Shown: one piece after another, positions 9,601 to 17,735 of the stretch
Numbering within the stretch: the stretch's first letter is position 1
How the letters are laid out: each line of letters begins with the position of its first letter
NCBI GenBank assembly: GCA_019058275.1
Contig: JAHLVW010000085.1
Location: 1 to 50,853, forward strand
From: Candidatus Heimdallarchaeota archaeon
GTDB lineage: Archaea; Asgardarchaeota; Heimdallarchaeia; JABLTI01
Direction of reading: 5' to 3'
DNA length: 50,853 nt
Notes under the pieces: generated by a model
What the model saw: the letters and a program-made list of their open reading frames with translations, nothing else
What the model was told of the DNA's origin: nothing
Databases searched by the model: none
Made by a program: the position numbers and the translations under genes

Positions 9601-10833
9601 ATGTTAACTAATATCAGTAAATATATGATGACTAAATCCTTTAAAAAAACAAAATATCAGTTTACGACAATTCCCTCACTGTCATTTAGCAAGGATGTAG
9701 GCATTTATATTCATGTTCCTTTTTGTTATAGTAAATGTTCCTTTTGTCCTTTCTATAAAGAGCTTTATTCAGCTGAACTAAAAGATCAATACATTAATGC
9801 TTTAGTTAAGGAAATATCCTCTGCTCCACTTGAAGGTAATTCAAAATGGATTTATTTTGGAGGTGGGACTCCAAATACACTCACTCTTGAAGATTTCACT
9901 AGAATTATTAACGCTCTCAAATCTAAAATAGAAATAACAAATATGGGAATCGAATTATTGCCTTCTCTTGTAACACAAGAATATCTTAAAGGACTAGTTT
10001 CACTCGGATTCACTAAAATCAGTATTGGTATTGAAACATTCTCAAAAAAAACTCATCAAAAAACAGGACGAAAAAGTGCCGGATACAATCACATTCTTGA
10101 AATTATTACTTATGCAAAATCAATAGGTTTAAGTGTTGCTGTTGACTTAATGGTTGGATTGCCTGAGCAGACAGCTTATGTTTTTGCTACTGATATAACT
10201 AAAATCATCCAGATAAAACCCGACCAAATAACCATCTATCCCTTTATGATAATTCGTGGAGTAAAAGCAACTCCAAGTTGTTCCACAAAAGAGCAATTCA
10301 TATCTATTGAAACTGCAGCTTTAAAATTGCACGAAGCTGGTTATTCACGAAAATCCGTTTGGATTTTTGTTTTGCCAAATACTACTACAAATGATGTCTA
10401 CGATTCCTCAAAAGACGAACTAGTTAATGATTATTATGGTTTTGGTCCTGCTTCTTTCTCAACCTCACACCAATGGAAAGTTGTTAAACCTGAATTATCT
10501 GTATGGTTGAAAAACATTCACAATAATGAATCATTTTCATTTATCGCTCCTAAGAAAAAAAGTACTGATGATTGGAGAAAGTTTGCTAATAGGATTTATG
10601 ATCTCAAACTTGATAATTCGTATCACTTTCCTTTTTATATTAGATTATTTGATTTCCTAATAAAAACAGCAGGATATTATCGAAATGGTTATTTAAGCAA
10701 AAAAGGACGGTATTTTTCACATGAAATTACTAAAGCTGTTGTAGAATCATTACCCTTTCCAGTTCAAAATCCTGATTGTGTGGAAAATCATGAGGATTAT
10801 TTAGTCTACAAAAGGAGTATTCATGATTTATAA
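9601..10833 (+). CDS. Radical SAM protein, HemN/HemW-like family
   Basis: YIHVPFCYSKCSFC (CxxxCxxC), YFGGGTP, DLMVGLP. Confidence 0.9.
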   Translation: MLTNISKYMMTKSFKKTKYQFTTIPSLSFSKDVGIYIHVPFCYSKCSFCPFYKELYSAELKDQYINALVKEISSAPLEGNSKWIYFGGGTPNTLTLEDFTRIINALKSKIEITNMGIELLPSLVTQEYLKGLVSLGFTKISIGIETFSKKTHQKTGRKSAGYNHILEIITYAKSIGLSVAVDLMVGLPEQTAYVFATDITKIIQIKPDQITIYPFMIIRGVKATPSCSTKEQFISIETAALKLHEAGYSRKSVWIFVLPNTTTNDVYDSSKDELVNDYYGFGPASFSTSHQWKVVKPELSVWLKNIHNNESFSFIAPKKKSTDDWRKFANRIYDLKLDNSYHFPFYIRLFDFLIKTAGYYRNGYLSKKGRYFSHEITKAVVESLPFPVQNPDCVENHEDYLVYKRSIHDL

Positions 10834-10947
10834 AAACCAATTGCCACTCATTTTAATCAATCCTAAATAGTATTTCTCGAATCTAAGGTGATTGATTCAG
10901 ATTGGAATTTATGATATATAGGAATCATTCTTTTAAACCCCATTCAG

Positions 10948-11634
10948 TTAAAATGAAAAAGTCGATCCAACACAAACCTGATGGAATTGTTTGGGAAATT
11001 GCTTTTTTAATAATTCTAAATGTCTAGTACAATGACAAGCGCCAATTACTTCAATATTATCAAAATATGAAAATTTATTAAAACCATGAAATCCCCCAAT
11101 AATTGCTTTAATTTTACCTAATTCTCTAGCTTTGACAATAAATTTTTCCAAACCAGGATGAGTGCATCCTACTAAAATAACAATTTCTTTCTTTTCAGTC
11201 TCTAAATAGAGTGCTTATTCTTTTATAAATGAACCAATTTGACCTGAAGAAAAAACATTTTTTTCGATTTTCGTAAAATCTGATACTCCAATAACATTTG
11301 CTTTAGAATAAGTTCGTACAAAGTTATACTTATTTTGATGAGGAACATAAATTTCTAGATTTTTATTATGGGTATAAATAGTTTTTAATACTCCAGAGTG
11401 ATCATGATTATTATGGGAAATTATAATTTTTGTAATTTGTTTTGGTTTAATACTAAGTTGTTTTAAATTGTGAAGTAAAATACGACCATTTCCACCAGTA
11501 TCAAAGAGCAAATAAGTATCAGTCTTTCTATTTAACACTAAAGAAGAAAATCCAAATCCTTCTGTAAATCTTAGTTTTTTACAAAGGTTATCATAGATAA
11601 TAGAAATTTCAAAGATTAGCAATTGACTACCCAA
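10948..11634 (-). pseudogene. MBL-fold metallo-hydrolase (COG1237-like) with an internal stop
   Basis: LFDTG, SHNNHDH, GCTHPG, GGFH and CHCT all lie in one frame, interrupted by TAA at 11215-11217. Confidence 0.85.
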
Positions 11635-11708
11635 AGAATAATTATTTTTATCTCTTAAATAAATTTCACAAATACTTATTTATTTTGATTAATATTTTTC
11701 TAACCAAT

Positions 11709-11771
11709 CATGTCTTTCTCGAACTAGGTTTTTAATCTATAATTGAATTGTCAAGTTAAGGGTTTCGAGTA
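11709..11771 (+). repeat. Left half of repeat A (catgtctttctcgaactagg) joined to a repeat family B copy
   Basis: 11709-11728 resembles cgtgtccttcccgaactgga; 11734-11771 matches 675-717. Confidence 0.55.
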
Positions 11772-11801
11772 GTTAAAAAGTAAAAGGAAACAAAGAAAAA
11801 A

Positions 11802-12382
11802 TCAATCTTTTCTTCGTTTAAGAACAATTATTATTGCAAACAATGCTATACCAGAAAGAAGACCAAAAGTTAAAATGCTATTCCTATTGATTCTGTAAAA
11901 GTTTCAATTATGGTTTCATTAGGAGGAGTTATAGTAACTGGCGTGGAGTTATTGTCACAGGGGGAACAGTGGGATAATCATCTGGATCAAGTGGGTAGGT
12001 TTCTTGAATAATTTCTATATTATCGGGATAATCGTCTCCATCGGTATCAGTATCATTAGGATCCGTTCCGTTTGTAACCTTATCATCATTTAAACCATCC
12101 TGATCACTATCATAATCATTTGGGTTAGTTCCGTTAGCAATTTCATCATTAACTTTTAGGTTATCCGAATCTATGTCCTCACTATTAGAATCAGTAAGAT
12201 AACCATCTGCTCCTGCAATAACTTCTTCACCATCTTGAATTGTATCATCATCTATATCGTCATCTAACGGATCAGTTAAACTAAACAGAACTTCATAACC
12301 ATCTGATAAACCATCATCATCAGTGTCAAAAACTATTGGATTCGTTAGGTAAAAGTTAATTTCATCATAGTCTTCAGTTGAG
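11802..12382 (-). pseudogene. 5'-truncated surface protein with Asp-rich Ca-binding (TSP3-like, DxDxDG) repeats and a frameshifted C-terminal TM anchor
   Basis: Repeats such as DTDDDGLSDG.E and TDP.D.DTDGD. The anchor FGLLSGIALFAIIIVLKRRKD* is in a shifted frame ending at 11802. The ORF-track start MVSTCW is read out of repeat copy 7. Confidence 0.8.
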
Positions 12383-12459
12383 ATGCTCAGCCAGCAGGTA
12401 CTTACCACCTATGCGTGTCATTGCTGACCTGCCCTTCTGCCCCTTAAAGAAGAAGTGGG
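12383..12459 (+). repeat. Repeat A copy 7 (full length, 77 bp)
   Basis: atgctcagccagcaggtacttaccacctatgcgtgtcattgctgacctgcccttctgccccttaaagaagaagtggg. Confidence 0.93.
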
Positions 12460-12497
12460 TGCGTGTGTTGTATCTTATACCTTTGTTAAGCTTTAAA

Positions 12498-12534
12498 GGA
12501 TTGATAATAAGAAGTGAATGTTTTTATAAGCAAG
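12498..12534 (+). promoter_or_regulatory. Archaeal TATA promoter block shared with 15708-15744
   Basis: 35/37 identical to the block upstream of vapB; TTTATA lies 42 bp before ATG 12565. Confidence 0.75.
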
Positions 12535-12564
12535 AAGTAGTAATAATAATGTAAGTGATTGAAG

Positions 12565-12804
12565 ATGGCAGATGATTGGAAAGCACAAATAAGCTCAAAA
12601 GTAACGATTTGTCACGGGAAGGTTTGTATCAAAGGCACTCGAGTTATGATCTCTGTTATCCTTGATTGTTTAGCAGAAGGGATGACTGAGGACGAGATTC
12701 TTATAGACTATCCATCATTAAAGAAGGGTGATGTTAATATAGCCATACAATATGCTGCTTCTCTAGCACGAGGAGAAAGGATTCCAATACGAGCAGAAAG
12801 TTGA
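12565..12804 (+). CDS. DUF433 family antitoxin
   Basis: ICHGKVCIKGTRVMISVIL..LAEGMTEDEILIDYPSL matches the DUF433 consensus. Confidence 0.9.
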   Translation: MADDWKAQISSKVTICHGKVCIKGTRVMISVILDCLAEGMTEDEILIDYPSLKKGDVNIAIQYAASLARGERIPIRAES

Positions 12805-12814
12805 AGGTGGGATT

Positions 12815-13180
12815 ATGAAATTCAAGCTCGATGAGAATATTCCCTTTTCTCTAAAGAAGCATTTAGAATCATCTGGTGACCATCAACTAGAGAGTGTCTT
12901 TCATGAGAAGAAAACAGCTATAGATGATCATTCCCTACTAAAACTATGCTTAAAAGAGCATAGAATACTCATTACACTGGATAAAGATTTTAATAATCCT
13001 ATCCTACATCCCCCAGACTCATTTTATGAAATTATTATTCTTCGTCCAACTACCCAAGGGAAAAAAGCTGTTTCTACCTTATTTGCAAATTTCTTGGAAA
13101 GTTTTGCACTTGAAAAAGTCTTCAAGAAAGTCTTACTTGTTGAACTTGAAAATATAACTATACGTTGGGATTGCGTCTAA
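12815..13180 (+). CDS. DUF5615 family PIN-like toxin (VapC45-like)
   Basis: MKFKLDENIP...D...RILITLDKDF; directly downstream of DUF433. Confidence 0.9.
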   Translation: MKFKLDENIPFSLKKHLESSGDHQLESVFHEKKTAIDDHSLLKLCLKEHRILITLDKDFNNPILHPPDSFYEIIILRPTTQGKKAVSTLFANFLESFALEKVFKKVLLVELENITIRWDCV

Positions 13181-13198
13181 TATTATTTCCTCCTTCTA

Positions 13199-13247
13199 AA
13201 GCGTGTCCTTCCCGAACTGGACTTGTAGCCCTGAAAGAAGAAGTGAG
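13199..13247 (+). repeat. Repeat A copy 8
   Basis: aagcgtgtccttcccgaactggacttgtagccctgaaagaagaagtgag. Confidence 0.93.
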
Positions 13248-13362
13248 TGTAATATTTTTTTTCTATCTTTAATCCTGGTTGTTACAAGTCGAATTTAATA
13301 ATTTTAAGCCTTAAGGGTTGTCAATAGTATATCACATCATTTAAGCTAAATTGTTGTATGCT

Positions 13363-13593
13363 CTATGATTGCTTTGTTAATTTGAAAAACTCTTCTTTTG
13401 ATAATTTGGAGTCATTGATAATTTTTAACAACAAGCCTTTTCCTAATTCTTCTCCTTTGTGTTCAGGAACTACAATTAATCTACCGTCTGGATGATTTAA
13501 AATTACATGACTTCCTTTTCTTCGAGTAATCACAAAACCGATTTTGGTTAAAGTTTTAATAACTTTTTTTGCTGTTAGAGGTCTCAGTTTCAT
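13363..13593 (-). CDS. hicA: HicA family toxin
   Basis: L.KIGF...RRKGSHVIL.HPDGR..VVP.H...LGKG.L..I. Confidence 0.92.
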   Translation of the reverse strand: MKLRPLTAKKVIKTLTKIGFVITRRKGSHVILNHPDGRLIVVPEHKGEELGKGLLLKIINDSKLSKEEFFKLTKQS

Positions 13594-13826
13594 TCATTTG
13601 GAACCTCTATGAATTGAATGCCTACAAAATCCTTTTGTAAATTTCTTTTGAACTCTGAATCAACAGTTTTTAAATAAAGATCTACTGCTTCTTCCATTCG
13701 TTGAATTAATTGACTTAGAGATTTTGCTTGTGTATAACAACCTGGTAGTTCTGGTGCAGAAGCAATAAAATATCCATCCTGGTCTTTTTCGATTAGAATG
13801 GTGATTTTCTTCATATCTGCTGTCAT
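13590..13826 (-). CDS. hicB: HicB family antitoxin (short form)
   Basis: IEKDQDGYFIASAPELPGCYTQAKS...MEEAVDLYL; overlaps the hicA start by 4 bp. Confidence 0.92.
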   Translation of the reverse strand: MTADMKKITILIEKDQDGYFIASAPELPGCYTQAKSLSQLIQRMEEAVDLYLKTVDSEFKRNLQKDFVGIQFIEVPNE

Positions 13827-13900
13827 TTCTTTTACGCTCCTTTAATACTATTACTCGAATATAATATATAAATAAAATTATTTCTTTAAATAACATTCTT

Positions 13901-13957
13901 TATCCATTTATGCAAGTTCTTCCCGAACCGGACTGCTAGCCTTCAAGAAGAAGTGTG
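13901..13957 (+). repeat. Repeat A copy 9
   Basis: tatccatttatgcaagttcttcccgaaccggactgctagccttcaagaagaagtgtg. Confidence 0.9.
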
Positions 13958-14089
13958 TGTCCTTAGTATCAATATTTTTTACATCCATTAATTTGACACT
14001 AGCATTAATATAAGCTAACATTTTTAGTATAATTGCACATGTTCGGAGAAAATTAATAAAAAAGATTCTTTACATAATTACTTGTTAGA

Positions 14090-14545
14090 TTGTTGGTTGA
14101 GAATATTTTGAGAATTGGTAAAATAACTGCTAAAGCAATAATAGAATGTGTTGAAGCAATAGACTATCTTTCATCAGATTCAAAAAAGCCAGTAACATCT
14201 GAAAAAATACATGAGTATCTAAGAATGAGCTTTGAATATGTTAATGATGCAATTGAAGTAGCTATATTAATGCAATTTGTTAGTAATGGTACTAAATTAA
14301 CGCTGTCTTCTGATGGATAGAAGCTAATTAAGTCAACAACAAAACAATCACGAATATTATTTGAAAAACTAATGCAAAAAACACCCCCTACAAAACAATT
14401 GATTAAATTACTACGTGATGGAAATAAACTCAAAGATATAATTAGAAATATTATAAAACGCTATGAGATCCAAGGTAATGAAAAAGAGATTTCATATTCA
14501 TTAAGGAATTTACTAATATTTGCTAACATAATTGGACCTGAATGA
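14090..14545 (+). pseudogene. Winged-helix-like protein with an internal TAG; paralog of 20380-20799
   Basis: TAG at 14318-14320 where the paralog has AAG; the frame continues to TGA 14543-14545. Confidence 0.8.
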
Positions 14546-14699
14546 GTTATTAACAAAGAATAAACAGGTGATAAAACTCACTATCGCCTTTTTTATCATT
14601 TGTATTTATTTTCTGAGCATTGATTATATAAGTGTGAAACCTAAGTATCATTTCTTTTTATACGAAATTTATAAATGAGTTAGAAACAAATTATTTTGT

Positions 14700-15515
14700 A
14701 TGCACAAAGAAAAGAACTATCATACTAGAAAGTTTTCACCTACAAGAATGATCCTTGCAGACTACAATGCTGTAGCTGCTTCTTTAAACAGGGTTTTTGC
14801 GTTAATTGAAATTGATATTACAGACGCTTTAGCAAAGATAGAGGAAATTGAGAAACAAGAAAACTATAAAGTCTCTATGACTGCTTGGGTGGCTAAATGT
14901 CTTAGTCAAGCTGTTATGGAAAATAAACGTTTGAACACTTTTCGTAGAGGACGAAAACTTGTGGTTTTTGATGAGGTTGACATAAGTATAATTATCGAAA
15001 TTACTACTAAAGCAGGTAAAAAGATTCCCTATAATTATGTTATCCGTAAAGCAGAAACAAAAAGTGTTAAAACTATTACAGACGAAATACGATCTTATCA
15101 GGATAAAAAAATCAATGAAAAGGAACAACTTACAAGAGATACAACTCCTTATATGTCGTTTTACACCCTCTTACCAAAATTTTTCAGAAGATTTGTAATA
15201 AGAAAAATGATAACAAACCCTTTTAGATTAAAAAAATTGATTGGTACAGTTGGTATAACTTCGCTGGGAATGTTCATTAAAGGTCAAGGCGGTTGGCTCG
15301 TACCTTTTTCTGATAAATCTTTGAATGTTGCTCTTGGAGGAATTAAGAATCACGCTGTTGTGCGAAATGGTAATTTAGAAGAACGAAAACTTCTTTGCAC
15401 TACTTTTCTGATAGATCATGATATCATAGATGGAGCTCCTGGAGTGAGATCCATTTCTAGATTATCAGAATTGATGAGGGATACCTCCTACCTAGAGGAC
15501 CTAGAAAAGATTTAG
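14700..15515 (+). CDS. Stand-alone 2-oxoacid dehydrogenase E2-type acyltransferase catalytic domain
   Basis: GTVGITSLG and DHDIIDGA (HxxxDG); no lipoyl domain. Confidence 0.85.
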   Translation: MHKEKNYHTRKFSPTRMILADYNAVAASLNRVFALIEIDITDALAKIEEIEKQENYKVSMTAWVAKCLSQAVMENKRLNTFRRGRKLVVFDEVDISIIIEITTKAGKKIPYNYVIRKAETKSVKTITDEIRSYQDKKINEKEQLTRDTTPYMSFYTLLPKFFRRFVIRKMITNPFRLKKLIGTVGITSLGMFIKGQGGWLVPFSDKSLNVALGGIKNHAVVRNGNLEERKLLCTTFLIDHDIIDGAPGVRSISRLSELMRDTSYLEDLEKI

Positions 15516-15619
15516 AGAAAAAAAGACCTTTTCTTTTTTTCATTGGTCACTGAACTAATTTCACAATAAAATAAAAAACCACAGAAGGAAAATTTATCTT
15601 ATAATTTATCAAAAAAATA

Positions 15620-15681
15620 TACTTACCACTTCAGCGTGTCCTTTCCGAACCGGACTGCTAGCTCTTAAAAGAAGAAGTGTG
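15620..15681 (+). repeat. Repeat A copy 10
   Basis: tacttaccacttcagcgtgtcctttccgaaccggactgctagctcttaaaagaagaagtgtg. Confidence 0.93.
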
Positions 15682-15707
15682 TGATTTGACCATCATTGAT
15701 ATTTTAG

Positions 15708-15744
15708 GGATTGCTAAGAAGAAGTGAATGTTTTTATAAGCAAG
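15708..15744 (+). promoter_or_regulatory. Archaeal TATA promoter block shared with 12498-12534
   Basis: ggattgctaagaagaagtgaatgtttttataagcaag; TTTATA lies 43 bp before ATG 15776. Confidence 0.75.
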
Positions 15745-15775
15745 TTAGAAGTATAATTATTGCAGAGGTTGTAGT

Positions 15776-16009
15776 ATGGCTGAAAAAACGATCAAAGTAT
15801 CTGAAGAAGTTTATGCAATTTTGGAATCCTTACGTAAAGAGAATGAATCATTGGAAATGTTGCTCTTACGTTTATTACCCATAAAAGATACAAAAATAAC
15901 AAAAGATATGTTTTTCAGCAAATGGATTGGCTCCGATGAAGAAATTGACTCTATTTTCACAATTATTAATTCTACTTGGAAAGATTGGAGTAATTCATTA
16001 CAAACATAG
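15776..16009 (+). CDS. vapB: VapB family antitoxin (archaeal DUF217-like)
   Basis: KTIKVSEEVY..L..L....ES....L.RL; upstream of a PIN toxin. Confidence 0.8.
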   Translation: MAEKTIKVSEEVYAILESLRKENESLEMLLLRLLPIKDTKITKDMFFSKWIGSDEEIDSIFTIINSTWKDWSNSLQT

Positions 16010-16023
16010 GAGAAATAAAAGCT

Positions 16024-16416
16024 ATGTTTTGTTTAGATAGTGATAGTCTTATTGCTTATCTTCGAGGCAGTCAAACTGCTAAGGAGAGAATTACCGAATT
16101 TGAGAAACAGGGATTGGTATTTATTACTCCTATTAGCGCTTACGAATTATATTTTGGAGCTTATTTATCAAGTGAATCAGCAAACAACCTTCAAGCAGTC
16201 TCTGCTTTACTATCCTATTTCTCAATTCTTCCATTCTCCCAGAACGAAGCAAAACTTGCAGGTGAATATTCTGCCCTGTTACAAAAGGGTGGTTTATCCA
16301 TAGGTATTCGTGATTGTATGATTGCTAGTATAGCAAAAACACATAATAAGATCATTATAACTCGAAATACTAAACATTTCTCCAGTATTCCGAATTTGAA
16401 GATAGAAAAATGGTAG
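16024..16416 (+). CDS. vapC: VapC PIN-domain toxin
   Basis: LDSD..I, E L..G, D.MIASIA, TRN.KHF..I..L.IE.W. Confidence 0.92.
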   Translation: MFCLDSDSLIAYLRGSQTAKERITEFEKQGLVFITPISAYELYFGAYLSSESANNLQAVSALLSYFSILPFSQNEAKLAGEYSALLQKGGLSIGIRDCMIASIAKTHNKIIITRNTKHFSSIPNLKIEKW

Positions 16417-16431
16417 CTATTATTATTTCCA

Positions 16432-16487
16432 ACCACCTAAGCGTGTTATTACCGAACTGGGCTTCTAGCCCTTAAAGGAGAAGTGTG
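16432..16487 (+). repeat. Repeat A copy 11
   Basis: accacctaagcgtgttattaccgaactgggcttctagcccttaaaggagaagtgtg. Confidence 0.93.
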
Positions 16488-16711
16488 GGTCCTGAATATT
16501 TCATTGGATAATTAATTTAGTTTAATCTTCTGTTAACCAATCATCTTGATCTAGCTTTTCTAGCTTATTTAATAAGTTGATTAGAACTATTTTCTCATTT
16601 GCTACTGGGAATAATTTCTTAATCTTGTCCTCATTAAGTAACTCTTAATAAACGATAAAAAGATCCAATTTATGTTTTTGCTAATAACATAGTAAAGAAA
16701 AAAAAGAGAGA

Positions 16712-17419
16712 TTAGAAGAGCATTTTCTCTTCCGCATGAGGATTTATCATTAGTATTTGTTCATTCATTGCTTTTTGCCAAATATAGTCGGTATAAATGA
16801 AATAGAAACTTAATACCATTCCTGTTAATAAGCTAGCTACTCCTAAAGCAATGAATAATCCCATTAACCAAAACTCGGAGTATACCATTGGAAGTATTAG
16901 TAGGTTCAATAAAACTGTTCCAATTAACATCATAGAAAACATAAGAATTGATAAGCTTATTTGCTTCTTCCCTGATATTGGCATAGTTTGATTTTTCACT
17001 GAATTATATCCCAAATACTTGTAGAATTTATCATATTTCCAATATCTAACAATAATCATGAAAAATGGAATAAAGGTAGAAAGAATTATGTAAATTAACA
17101 CATTATTTTTGTCAGTTTTTAATGATGGTCCTTCTTTAGGAGGTCTTAATTGTACTAAGTTATTCAGATCTTCAAAATTGAAGTATAAATAGATCAGATA
17201 AATTGGACTAGCTACATAAGATAATAACCACCAGATTAAGAAATTCCTTCTAACTAATACAGGCAAGTTGGGTTGATAAGGTGTCGGTTGAGGTTCAAGT
17301 ATAGGAATACTCTTCTTTTCCAATCGATTGAGTTCAGTCCCACAATTCATACAAAACAAATGATTATCTTGATTCTCCTTTCCACATTCTGGGCAATATT
17401 TCAAATTTGTTCTCCTCAA
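16712..17419 (-). CDS. Zinc-ribbon membrane protein (DUF4234-like TM region)
   Basis: N-terminal CPECG...FCMNCG followed by about 4 hydrophobic segments. Confidence 0.75.
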   Translation of the reverse strand: MRRTNLKYCPECGKENQDNHLFCMNCGTELNRLEKKSIPILEPQPTPYQPNLPVLVRRNFLIWWLLSYVASPIYLIYLYFNFEDLNNLVQLRPPKEGPSLKTDKNNVLIYIILSTFIPFFMIIVRYWKYDKFYKYLGYNSVKNQTMPISGKKQISLSILMFSMMLIGTVLLNLLILPMVYSEFWLMGLFIALGVASLLTGMVLSFYFIYTDYIWQKAMNEQILMINPHAEEKMLF

Positions 17420-17484
17420 ATAACATACACTAAATACTAGCTTGTATTTAAGCTAGTAAGTATTTAAAATGTACCAATCCTAGT

Positions 17485-17561
17485 ATGCCCAACCAGCAGG
17501 TACTTCCCACTTCAGCATGTCCTTCCCGAAATGGACTTCTAGCCCTTAAAGGAGAAGTATG
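17485..17561 (+). repeat. Repeat A copy 12 (full length, 77 bp; last copy seen)
   Basis: atgcccaaccagcaggtacttcccacttcagcatgtccttcccgaaatggacttctagcccttaaaggagaagtatg; 38/77 G+C. Confidence 0.95.
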
Positions 17562-17735
17562 TGGGAGTTTTCTACTTTTTTCTTTTTTTTACTAAATTTA
17601 TCTTTCGTCTACTGAGTTATTCAACTAAGGATTTCTATTAGATAAGTAGGTTGAGATTTTGTTATAAGATAATTAATACTGAATTATTTATATTCAATAA
17701 ATCAAAAATAAATATATGACTATTGGGGGAAAATA

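Noticed and set aside
12383-12459. Repeat A as a diversity-generating retroelement template/variable pair
   Set aside because: Differences between copies are not confined to adenines, copies are intergenic, and no reverse transcriptase is present.
3356-17561. Repeat A as a CRISPR array
   Set aside because: Spacing is irregular (mostly hundreds to thousands of bp) and contains whole genes, copies are divergent, and no cas genes are present.
17485-17561. Repeat A as a canonical integron attC site
   Set aside because: Only copy 12 has an RYYYAAC (GCCCAAC) near its 5' end. I found no complementary GTTRRRY at the 3' end and no full-length hairpin, and cargo genes lie on both strands.
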